Origin: Klebsormidium nitens
Lineage: Eukaryota > Plantae > Klebsormidiophyceae
Direction of reading: 5' to 3'
NCBI GenBank assembly: GCA_000708835.1
Contig: DF237118.1
Span: forward strand, 94,668-158,667
Length of the DNA: 64,000 nt
Every line of letters begins with the position of its first letter. Within the stretch, counting starts at the first letter, position 1. The notes beneath the pieces were generated by a model that did not search any database, had not been told where the DNA came from, and was given only the letters and a program-made list of their open reading frames with translations. Made by a program: the position numbers and the translations under genes. Of the stretch, positions 49,877 through 60,757 are shown piece by piece.

Positions 49877-52800
49877 TCACAAAGTCGACCGTACCCCCCG
49901 ACCATCACTTGCGCCCGAGTCCCCATAGATGTCATACCGCCGGTGCTGCAAGAGTATTGCCACATGTCAAGCGGTTGCGGACACAGACGCACTAGTCAAC
50001 GACAGCCCCTCAACTTCAAAGCAATTCAGCGCCTTTTATAGTCATTGGGCTACCAATTCTACTGCTACACGAGATTATCCTTGCAGAGCGGTCTGTTTCT
50101 GACATATGCAGGCGACTAGAAGGATCCGTTCTGCGCTCGATGTGCTTTACAGTTGGGCAGGTCCTTCATAAAAGGATCCGTTCTGCGCTCGATGTGCTTT
50201 ACAGTTGGGCAGGTCCTGCTTTAAGAATCAAACGTGACGCTGTGCCCGGGCGCTTAAACCAGCGGTCAGAGCTCGTTTGAGGTCAGTTTTGGCTAATGCA
50301 TCCCGGTTGACAGTCCTGACATTCTCGGCTCCTTGGCTTCAAAGACATTCAACAAAACGAGCGGCCTTTCTTGCTTCGCTCAAGAAGACCACAAATCTGG
50401 ACACTTTGCCCGTGGAGTACTGAGCAATGACTCTACGTCCGAACTTGCAACCGTTCAAAAGCTCTGGTTACTGTATGCTGAAGCATTTCTACTCCTGCTC
50501 GTACTGACACCGAGACCTATTCGGCATGTTCTTGCTAAACTTTGACACCTGCCACGATTGGAACATCCAAATCGACGGACATTCAAACCGGGGCTCCTCC
50601 TTCCTGAGTTGGCTTTATGTGAGAAATGAGAAAAAGAAGCAATTCCGAGGCAAGAATGCTACGCCAAAGAGCAGGGTCCAGCCTTGAGCGCCCAAGCGAA
50701 CAGCGTCCGAGAAGTTCGCAGTGACGTTTCTGGATGCTGATCGTGTGGCCCGGTTTGACTCACCTGGGCAACCGGCATGCTCGTTCTGACCGATTGCAAC
50801 GCCGCCAGGTCAATCTCCGCGGTCGCGATGCCAACGGCCAGCGGGTCTGCACAACCAGAGCGTCGAAGTTCGATAGATATACGCAGTGTTTCGATCATCT
50901 ACAGGAAGTCAACAGGTATAGTGGGCCGCTACAAGCATAAGAACACAAGAGCATAAGAGCTGCATGCCCATGGTTCTTCGCGAGATGGCTTGTTATTTCC
51001 GACGTGGAATCTGGTGAGACCATTATTGAAAGGAAGAAGCCAGATTTCTGAGTCAGAGCGAGCTACCCCAGCATCTTTTTTCAATCGTTCTGTGCGTCGT
51101 CGAATGACGTCACCGTCCTGCCCTGTCTTGAGGGCAAAAGCAGTGCCTGAATGTGAACTCGTGATGACGCGTCTCTGGCGATTGGACAGAGAAGAATTTT
51201 TTAGTCACTTGTACTCCCGAGCACTAAGAATCAGAAATGCTCCGGCCCCCTCAAAGCAGTCGCTTGCAAACTGAGGCGAAGCATACGTACATTGTATTTA
51301 ATCTCGTTCCTGTTGTAGCGTGAGTCGCTACAAGACATTTGCGCACCTTCTAAGCGGGCGACGATCCGGCCCCAGGGGTCGATGATAAGCGCATCGCCGA
51401 AGCTCTCCCGCTTCTCGTTGTGCCGCCCCGCTTGGGCCGCAGCGATCACCTGCCACAAAAAAAACTTGCGGTTCTTTCCCCGGTCTTATGAGTGTACTGG
51501 AGGCAACCAAAGCTACTTTTGTTTTCTTACACCTCCTCACGAAGATTTTTCGCGACAGGCAGCTCAACAAACGAAGTCTGATAAGATCCATAAGCGACGG
51601 CCTGCGGAAGAGGTTGCCAGGCATCGTTGCCGAGAAACTTAGTGTCAGGCAGACACTGCAGCGAAGGGTAGATAGACTGACGCTCGATCACACTTGGTTC
51701 TAAGAGCCATTTGATCCAATCCAATCTTAGTCCAACCGTATCGCTTTTAACACAGAAGTAGATCACGCATGTCCTCAACTCGTGCTACGCCTTTGAGTTC
51801 CTCAGGTCTGTGCTAGCCCGAGCCGTCCACTTGGTCGAAAGATTCTTAGAAACGCCTTTCCAAGGAACTGGGCTTCGTGACAATATGCAGCCATTGTCTT
51901 TTCGGTTGGCTCAACCAAACCAGAAAGACCTTATCTAGCGACGAATTGTAATCTGCTCACAGAAGGCACGCTGACGTTTGATTGAAGGGCTCGCCAAAGC
52001 CGCGCGTGAGCAGTTAACGTCAGCAGATGATGTCACGGAGGGGAATATGACGTCAATGGGACTTACGTAGCATTGGCACTCGATGGCCCGCGCCCGTAGC
52101 AGGACCTCCCAGTGCGCTTCACCCGTCGTCTTGGTAAATGCGGACGGGACCAGCAGAATCTGGACGCATTGCGGAAAGTGAGTTGCTCCACCCAAGTTGT
52201 CAAGTGTCTTCGCAGTTCGTTCTCTCGATCGGGTAACTCGTTTCTTGCTTCTTATTCCCTATACTTCCCATTCCTTCCGTCTTCGCCTTGTCCCTAAAAG
52301 TGGTGTATTGTCATTCGTCCACTCATCTGCAAACTACTGCTTTATCAAGGATAGATTGGGCGATAGGGACTTGAAAGAAAGGGTTGCACTGGTTGCCACA
52401 GAAAACGCAACAAAACATGTGTACAGGAAACGTCCCGATACCAGAACGGTCACGGCTGGAAGTGCATAATTCAAAGGCATCAATATCGACTTGCCAGCTT
52501 TTGACAATGGCAACAACGTCAAGGGTGGGACATAAAGTGCGTCGTTGGGAAGACAAAACGGTGACGTATACTGAAAGAGGTGACCTATGCTGAAAGAGGT
52601 GACGTATGCTGTCCGTGAAGGCAAGGAGTCAATCTGGAAAATCTGGGCCGTCCATCTGTCACGTGCCCTCATTTTGACATGTCAACGGGCGGGCTAGTGG
52701 TTTTAAGAGCAGAAGGATAAGAGGCCGTCCAAAATCAGTGGCGGAAGCGTACCTCAGCCCCGTGCCGGAACCGCAGCTGCTGGTACATCTGGGGAAACCG

Positions 52801-55800
52801 CAGGTCGTAACACGTGGTAACGCCCAGCCGGCCGGCAGGGCTGTCCGTTACAACCAGCTCCGAGCCTGCGAAACAAACGGAAACAAATGTTCGGCGTTTT
52901 GCGACTGTTCGGTGTCATGAGCGTGTTTAAGATTTACCACCTTTTGTAATCTGTCAGTGACAACGGGTTGAGCACCCTGAGACGGGTTGAAGAAGTAAGA
53001 AGAAGCATGGCTGAAAGAGGTGAGCTTGAGGAACTCCACACGGAGTGGCGAAAATGGAATACTTGCTCGGGAGGAACAAAACAAAAAACCTCGGACGGGT
53101 TCGAAGATACTTTTGCGCGCACAACCTCCCTAATAATCGGAGTTCTCAAAAACACCAGAAATGTACTGCCATAAAAGGCCAGTCCATGCGATACGAATCC
53201 TACCGATTTGAGTACGTTTCTCGTGAAAGGCTCAACGACGTTTGTCAATTGGAGGGTTGCCGGTGGTCCAATCCAGGAACCGAAGTACAAGAACTTCCGT
53301 CTCTCGCCTTTCGACGATATAAACCTCCGCTTTTTCCCATCTGTAAATCCAACGGCTGGCTCGCAATGCAAGACATTACCTCGAAACAGAAACTTTCCGC
53401 ATCTTGTAGTTCACTGTAGATTGATTATTGTATTCACTGCAACTCTGCCCCAAGAGACCCCAGTTTCGGGGCCAGCTCTACATACCCACCTGGTGCCGTC
53501 GAAGCACTTTCCAGCAGTTTCGGCCCGTTAGGGACGTCAACGTCGAAGAGATGAATCTTTCGATAGACGGCCGCGATGTCCCCTGAGTCGTTTACGATCA
53601 CGTGCGTGTTGTGCAGACGGTTGGGCTCCGTGCTCGTCTCCTGAAAGCCGCCCAGCGACAGCCAGATTGAGTGGTCCCTGCAAACGGCCTGGTTGAAGCG
53701 TTAACAGCGTTTCCCAAACTGTTATCTTGGAACGAGCTATGCTCCATATTCGAAGCACTAAAGCGTTTAGGCAGATGGAGTGCTCCTCGTAACCTTTTGC
53801 ATGAGCGGTGAGTGTTGCTTGGTTGCTTCTCTCGATAAAGTTTAAGAACTTCCGAAGTACTCAGCAGCAGCTGAATTGATTGGTCTCGATAGCGACCTGT
53901 AAAATGGTCAACCTGCTCTGTTAGCGCCGCTCCTAGAGGCACTTTCTTAATTCCTGTTAAGGGACTCTTTCTTTCAAACGGGCCGCTGTTATTGATCGGC
54001 TACGATTTGTTCTAGGTACAGACCAAGCATGCAATCAGTTCGATACTTTTTGGAGCGCTCTCCAGGCGACGGTTTTGCAGACAACGGGTGAGGCTGGAGC
54101 ACTGCCGTTTGTTTCGTTAGGCGTCAGTTTACATATCGTGCACAACTACTGTAGATGGGATGCATTTACAGATTTTGCAATGTGGTACCAGTTGCGGGTG
54201 ATGCGGCTGGCAATGGGCTACATTCTAAGTTCGACCAACCACCGAGAGATAAGAATGCTGTTCCAGATAGTGGATTTCTGGTGAAAGTCCCTCTACTTTA
54301 CTCTTTTTGTACTTGAAACAAGTCGCAATCAAATCCCATCTTGCAGATTACACAATTGTATCCAAGCATCCAATATGAATTCGCTTCGGGCACTAACCTT
54401 GCCAGCTGGCGGTAGCGCCCCATGAGCGGGCCGTCGAGCTGATCCGCAATCGCGATGCCCTCCGACCCTCGAGTGCCAATGAAGGAGAAGCTCTCAGGAA
54501 GGAAGAGCATTGAGCAGCTGGCACTGGCCGCGTCCTACGGTTGGAGATGACACCGTTTGGTCAGACAAGGATAGCGTTTGAGAGGAATCATATAGAGCGT
54601 ACAACCAAGTCTGAAAGAAGGTTTCCAGGGGAAAGAGCTTCACCAGACTCAACTGGATCTTGGTCAAAGCGCACCCTCTCTATCCTACTTGCTGGTCAAT
54701 GACTATGGTCCTGAGAACCTCATTCATTGAGGCTACAATATTGCAGTGGCAGCAAAGGTTTTATGTATTTTTTCCCCCTTCTTTGTGACAAACTGCTGGA
54801 CCGAGTCATGAAGACCTTCACTTGCAGACCCCTTGTTGATCTGAAAGATATGCAGCCCCAGGGGGAGGACATATAGGTGACCACCGGAGGGAGAGGGTGG
54901 ACAACTCAAATCTTGGAAATATAGTCTGCGAAGCAATCTCATAGATGGAATAAATTGACGACTTTTGAGCTCACCTTCACAAGGCTTGCAACCGTTTCAA
55001 AGTTGGCCTCAATGTCCCCTGTGGACCGCATCTGTGCAACCGCCACCTTGGAGCCCTTCCTTTCTGCACAGGGTTGAGACGGCACATTGAGCTCCCTCTT
55101 CGAAATCTGTTCAAGAAACAGGGTCAGACATTTTGCCATTAGAGTCACTTATGATGACAAAAGCCTCAAAAGAGCTCAAGTCATCGCTTCAGCAAAGCTG
55201 GGCGTGCGATTCATGCAAGGGATTACAGCATGAACTCATTTCGCTTGTTGTCAACCATGTGACACTTCTGCAGATCAACTCTACTTTTGACAGAGGTTTG
55301 TGGCTTGAAATGCACAACCACCCCCCCTGACTTGATATCACGTCTGACCTGGAATCACTGCGGTATTGCGGGGCCCTTGCGCTGTTGGATCTAAGGTTCA
55401 CAAAAGTTCTTTCCAATCACCCACGGAGAGCGGCGGAACATTTCTAAGTACAGGCTGGCAAGCTTAGAAAGGGAAGTAGAGCCCAGCTTTTGAAGATGAA
55501 GAGCAGAGAACATTCACAGCTTACTTCCTGAAACGGGGTTTACATGTGATTGTCCTGGATCAAACAAGAAGGCAAATGTGGACTTACCTACGGAAGCCCG
55601 CGCTGCATCATTTGGAGAAGCCATGGCCCGTCTCTGCTGCGGCCACGTTTCTGCTACAATGCTGTAACCTTTTTGCACTCTGTGCAACTCTGGCCGGACC
55701 AGACCCTCACTGCAAAGTAGGCTTCTTGCACTTTGGAAGAAAGCCAGTGATCGGTGATCCCCCAGGCTGCGCAATCTAGACTGGACTGCTGCACGGGCGC

Positions 55801-56128
55801 TAAGATTGAGAGAGTAGCATTTTGATTGACCACCTCTTTGTTGATTATTAGAAAAGAGAGTATTGCCCCAAAATCCTGAAGAAGCGAGATTGCACTTAGT
55901 GACCAAGCCTGTAAATGCGGCTACAGGGGCTCTTGTTGTGCAGTTTTTGAGAAGCGGAGCGGAACCCGGTCTTGACCTGGTGAGAAAGACCGTCGGAGAC
56001 TGCTTGCTTCTGAATGAAGAATATCTTGCGAGGTGGGTGTTTCCAGGTGTTTCCAAAACATTCAAGAGAGGAAGTGTCCGAGTTTGCAAGAAGCGCGGGC
56101 CAACTTGAAGGGCTCCCCCAGAAAGCAT
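49877..56128 (-). CDS. NIT1: Nitrilase-like protein 2 / deaminated glutathione amidase (Nit1 family) with a long N-terminal extension
   Basis: Exons 56128-55588, 55063-54975, 54534-54398, 53677-53490, 52865-52753, 52159-52067, 51449-51347, 50846-50764, 49945-49877 (TGA), phases consistent. Catalytic triad in LFLPESF (E), YRKIHLFDV (K), TTCYDLRFP (C); also [38 protein letters not shown]. Start is uncertain (56128, 56374 or internal 55624). Confidence 0.95.
50120..50217. repeat. Perfect 46-bp direct repeat (52-bp period) in the last NIT1 intron
   Basis: AAGGATCCGTTCTGCGCTCGATGTGCTTTACAGTTGGGCAGGTCCT at 50120-50165 and 50172-50217. Confidence 0.95.
52560..52611. repeat. 19-bp minisatellite (about 2.7 copies) in NIT1 intron 5
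   Basis: Unit GGTGACGTATGCTGAAAGA, with single mismatches. Confidence 0.9.
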
Positions 56129-57009
56129 GCTCAAGAATGTTGAATCTGGAGAGGGATCCCCAAAAAATCCCAAAAGATCTGCTAGGTCTAAAGAGGAGTC
56201 GACCTGAAAGGCTGGCCCTCGGGTTGTCAATGTGATGACAAAGTGGTGGACGTGAATCCTGCGTGCAAGTGCGTGCAACGTGATGCTGCAGAAGAAATGG
56301 ATGGAGCCTTGGAATATCTGGAACAGTAAACTCAGGAATTGACTCTGAAATCGACCAGGTTCTTGTCGAAACATAGGCCGTAAAGAAGGAGGAAGCCGGG
56401 GGCTGCTACCGATCGCTGATAAAAGGTCGAATCGGTGGCCGGGAGTCGGATAGCACCGGGCTGATTCCTCTGTGCATTTCAAAAGATGATGAAGTAGATA
56501 ATGTGAGAAACGATATACCGGTAGGTGATTAAAATGTTTGATCTCGAAAAAGTGGATTGCAAGAGAAGCAAACAGGTCGACAAGCATTGAGGTCCCTTGT
56601 GCAGGAGGACCCTAAAGTATAATAGCACTTGATTTGATGGCGCCTCTCTCCTGGCTTCCTTGCTTGTCTCGGTCTGGCACATGGAGGGCTCTGTTGCATT
56701 CCATCCCCCAGCTGGCAGAGCGGGGACCAGGATCTCCTGCACTTGGCGCCAAGAATATAGCTCGGTTCTTCGCGGGTGCCTGGCAATGGGGCGGGAAGGT
56801 CGAGTCATGATGCTCAGCTAGAGATTTGACTGCGAAGCACACACCCGGACCGCGAGCAATTAGTATTTTGATAAGTCCAGAGCTCAAAGGAGTAGGCCTT
56901 GCCTCAATCAATGTCCACTCCAAAGCCATTGGGGGGCCCTTGACCATCCCGATGGGGCCCATCCCGATGTCTACCACGCACCCGCAACTGGCGGAAGCCC
57001 GTTCTCTGA

Positions 57010-57827
57010 GGAGGCACTTGCATCGAAATCCCTGGACAAAATGGAAGATGTATCATCCCCGTATCATCAGATGGAGGCAAGATTTTGGCAGCTGGATCAG
57101 AGCTTGGGCGGGCTGGGGGCTCCATCATCTTGACCAAAAAATGCACGGGTTGCGGGGGATCAAAGCCGTTAGTGGATTTCAAAAGGTCACAAAGTGGTCT
57201 TGACGGGCTGAATGACTGGTGCAGAGCGTGCATAGCCATTTTCCATGCAAAGCGCTGTGGGAGAATACTCCTGATCATATGCAGTTGTCATTGGAGGAGG
57301 CCCACGAGAAGGCCAAGATTTGCAAAAAATGCGGTGTTTTAAACGAAGTTCGACAGTTCGGCTCTCACCGCGGAAGCAAGGATGGGACACAAATGTGGTG
57401 CAGAGCTTGTATGGCTGGCTACAATATCACACGTCTTACGTATGAACCTGCGAGCGGCCCCCAACTTTGCATCCGCTGCAGAAAATTCCTGCCGGCGGAA
57501 GCGTTTAGTCGCAGCAGATGCCAATCATCTGGTCGCCATCATATCTGCAAGCTCTGTTTTAAAGAAGACAATAAGGCAAGAAAGTCAAGGATCGCAGCAT
57601 CTCACCTTCACATTGCAAGAGTTGAGAAACGGTGCGGTTACTGCATGATTGTAAAACAAAGATCTGATTTCAGCAAAAAGTCAATTGAGACAGACGGGTT
57701 ACGGGACATTTGCAGGTCGTGTGATTATCTGCTATTGAAAGACAGAAAAGAAGCCAGAAAGCGGAAGAAGGATAACTTGGAGGTTGGTGCTTGGACCCAG
57801 TTCTCGAAAGAGGTTGAATGGCAGTGA
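57010..57827 (+). pseudogene. Tandem C4 zinc-ribbon repeat protein (4 repeats) split by a one-base frameshift; pseudogene or sequence error
   Basis: Repeats KKCTGCGGSKPLVDFKRSQSGLDGLNDWCRAC, KICKKCGVLNEVRQFGSHRGSKDGTQMWCRAC, QLCIRCRKFLPAEAFSRSRCQSSGRHHICKLC, KRCGYCMIVKQRSDFSKKSIETDGLRDICRSC. Repeat 1 is in the frame of ORF 57085; repeats 2-4 are in the frame of ORF 57219. The true start was not found. Confidence 0.7.
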
Positions 57828-58086
57828 CTCCTTGTGTTTCATTCATTTATTTGCCAATTTGTGTATTGTCTTATTGAAGAAGGCAGTCCTGGCTAATAGG
57901 GTCCAAAAATGGAGAAGGCACCAAGCACTTGCAATCGGCCGCTCAATGTACCGTGACGTTCTAAAAACCATAACTGTAGACTGGAAAAGCACTTTTGGAG
58001 CAATATATTGCCTGATCTAATACGAATGGCAGAGTCGGAAGCATTTTCACCACTTGCGGTCCCCAAGATAGCAAGAATAATGCTGT

Positions 58087-58395
58087 TTGAAATATGCAAG
58101 TCACACACTTGTTCCGCCTTCCATGCTTCAATACGAAATAGCTCTTAGCCTAGTAGATAAGGGTATGGAGTTTGTGCACTATGAGAATCATGAATGCTCC
58201 ACATTTCAAGAAGCAGAAGCTTCATGTGCATCTTGTGCCGCGCATCGCTTCATGCAAGGAGTCTGCATGATGTCTATTTGTTTACATAGTGTTAGGTGCC
58301 ATGCATGCCGCACCATAATCTGCAAATCATGTGATAGGGCATTTGATGAAAGGGAGCAGAAGCTTAATTCGGCAAAGCTTGTGCAAGTGCCGTAA
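58087..58395 (+). CDS. Possible RING-HC-like ORF or terminal exon
   Basis: CASC-x14-CLH-x3-CHAC-x4-CKSC fits the RING-HC ligand spacing. The surrounding DNA is rich in TGC/TGT, so chance is possible. Confidence 0.35.
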   Translation: MKYASHTLVPPSMLQYEIALSLVDKGMEFVHYENHECSTFQEAEASCASCAAHRFMQGVCMMSICLHSVRCHACRTIICKSCDRAFDEREQKLNSAKLVQVP

Positions 58396-59709
58396 GAGGG
58401 CCTGAGGGCCGAGCTCAGCCTGAGCACGCGGCGTATGCATAGGTGGCTTGCATTGAATTTCCCTGCATGCAATATGAGATCCGACGAGAATTTAGAAGCG
58501 CAGTTTAAAGGAGCCACAACTGATAGTTTTGTCAATTCGAAAAAGGTATACATGCGAATGAGTATGTACCGTCTCATCCCAGAGTTAGTGAAACATGTGC
58601 ATGCCGAGTTGTGCAGATCTCAAATGAGATATGCGCACATGCTGCATGCAGGATATGTATATGTAGCTATCTGTACGCACACTGGCATTGTTGGTCTCCT
58701 TTCACATGCGCCGACGGTAGGGCGCCAGATTGTATCGCGACCGGTTATCTCGCAACCCGGTTGGTATGTTAGGGTCAGCCGTAACTAGAGCCGGAGTGAA
58801 TTCGGTAGTGCATTGATGAGTGCTATGATTACCGTACAGAGCACTTAAGCAGAAGGCTGATAACCGTACAGAACATTTAAGTAGGAGAATGAGCTGTTTG
58901 TAGCTCATTCTCTCTATGTTCGTTCTAAGGCATATTGAGGGCGACTTTGATCAGCAACCATTGTCTCCTCGTCATGCTGCATGACGGCCAGCAGAGAGTC
59001 TCCGCATAAGCTGACTGAGCTTATGTGTATGGTACATGTGGAGTAAGCGATTTGTGATTGAGGTAATCATTCATTCACATAGAGAGAATCGATTGGAGTG
59101 CAACAAGGACCCGCTGGCGATCTGAGCGGCGGGGCACCTGAGTGGAACACTGTGGACAGCTAGCGATGCTGCCTTAGTGCAGTGGTCAGTCACACCGACT
59201 CCGTTTGTGAGCTGCATGCTTGAGACTGGGAGCGTGGGCTGAATGCGTTGGCTCAAAGGGGGGCTGTCAGGAGTGTGATGGTTTGGTGGCTCCCAAGTTT
59301 GAGTGGCGCTGAGCAGAGGGTCAAATCTGAGCTAGGATAGAGGCCCTTGCTGTGGTGAAATCCCTGACTAAGGGCTGCTGTAGGACGCCAAGTGGTCCAG
59401 CAGGTTTAAAGGTGGCCAGGGCTGAGGCCTGAGCTGGCCAGCCGAGTGATCACTGGCAGGTTGAGCTAACCTGGCCAGAGTGTGGGTTGACTTACATTCA
59501 GCCTGCGGCGCCTGTTCTATTTAGGTTCAGGGCTGGGGTCTGAGTGACCTGAGTCCGCTCACAGCTGCGGGCAGTGGGGGGCGAAGAGTGTGAAAAGCAG
59601 GATTGGGAAGCCTTAGCTCAGTTATGTCTTCGCTGCGCTGCGGGCGTCTGTTCACCAGTCAACTAGTGGTCCATCAGCAGGTGCGCATGGAGCATGGCGC
59701 CAGGAGCGC

Positions 59710-60651
59710 GTGACATCCGACCAAGAGCTCTTGAGGCGCCTCTGTGAGTTGGGAGGAAAGGAGCGCGAGCGCGAGTTTTGGAAGGCGCATGAGTTTATAC
59801 AGGGGTGGCAGCTGCTCTTGGCTGAGCAAGTGGTAGGGGTTTCAGAGGAGAGCGGCAGTTGGGTGACCTACGTCGCCAACAATCAGTCAGGCACTGAGCT
59901 GCTGGGGATTCAGGCAAGGAAGAAGGATCATTGGCCGGTGCAGCGCAGTGCGTGCAGGACGCGCTGCATCATTTGCGATCAGAAGGCCGCGGAGGGAGCG
60001 GAGGCAGAGGAGAGCAGGACCACCAGGTGGGTGCACCAGCAGCGGGCGGCGGCGGAGCTGGGGGAAGCTGTGTGGGAGGGGCTGAAGCTCAGGCAAAAGG
60101 ACGTTGACTTTGCGCAGGAGGCGAGCACACCAGAGGGCAGCAAGCGCGAGGCGGAGGAAGTGGAGCGGGTTAGGCGAGATCTGCAGCGCAGGGCAAACGC
60201 GGAGCCAGCAGTGGCCAGGGCTGTGCTGCTCGCTCAGGAGTTCATCGGAGAGTGGCGCGAGTTTGAGCAACGGCACAAAGAATTCCCGTGCGGCAAGGTG
60301 TACGCAGCGTTCGTGGCCAGCAACGCGGCGGGAGCCGCCTGCATTGGACAGGTCCCTGACCCAGCACAGCACCTCCCTGCTGTCAGGTTGGGGGGCCCTG
60401 TCAGCTGCGCCATCTGCGAGCGTTTCCAGCCGCTGGAGGCGAGGGTGGCTGTCTGGCGGGAGGCGGAGGCGCTGATGGCAGCGCGGGTGGAGCACGCCAG
60501 GCGGGAGAAGGAAAGGGAGGAGCAGGAAGCGAAGGCGGCGTGGTGGCGGGAGCTGACCGAGCGCGTGTCTGAGGTGGAGTTGGTGCCCAATCGGTTGGCA
60601 GAAGCGGAGGAGGCCCGAGCAGCGGGCGGCCGCCAAGCGGGAAAAGCGTAG
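59710..60651 (+). CDS. Extra ORF upstream of gag, with an internally duplicated domain; function unknown
   Basis: 313 open codons with E/A/R-rich, coding-like composition. Two copies of A-x-EFI-x2-W...[YF]VA-x-N...G...H-x-P...C-x2-C. No in-frame ATG (GTG at 59710). Confidence 0.6.
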   Translation: MTSDQELLRRLCELGGKEREREFWKAHEFIQGWQLLLAEQVVGVSEESGSWVTYVANNQSGTELLGIQARKKDHWPVQRSACRTRCIICDQKAAEGAEAEESRTTRWVHQQRAAAELGEAVWEGLKLRQKDVDFAQEASTPEGSKREAEEVERVRRDLQRRANAEPAVARAVLLAQEFIGEWREFEQRHKEFPCGKVYAAFVASNAAGAACIGQVPDPAQHLPAVRLGGPVSCAICERFQPLEARVAVWREAEALMAARVEHARREKEREEQEAKAAWWRELTERVSEVELVPNRLAEAEEARAAGGRQAGKA

Positions 60652-60757
60652 GCGCAAGAAGGAAGAGAAGCGGGTGCGTGCGAGGGAGCAGGTGGGTGAG
60701 CGTGCGGGGGTAGGGGCCGCCGCGGGAAGCTCGAGCGAGTTTGTTTAGGGGCTGCAA

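Noticed and set aside
50659-50763. Read-through C-terminus of NIT1 ([13 protein letters not shown]...)
   Set aside because: A consensus donor (CAG|GTGAGT) and a downstream exon encoding the conserved HRRxDxY end (49945-49877) give the better model.
19134-56128. MDAR6, NIT1, PEX10 and a GABA permease as a redox/glutathione gene cluster
   Set aside because: No shared pathway step or shared regulatory signal is visible; mixed orientation and housekeeping neighbours fit ordinary gene order.
57240-57270. Programmed -1 ribosomal frameshift or micro-intron in the zinc-ribbon ORF
   Set aside because: No slippery heptamer, and no GT-AG pair of plausible length restores the frame; a single-base loss explains it.
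58811-58860. C/D-box snoRNA (TGATGA ... CTGA)
   Set aside because: The boxes are only about 40 nt apart, there is no terminal stem, and I recognise no rRNA-complementary guide.
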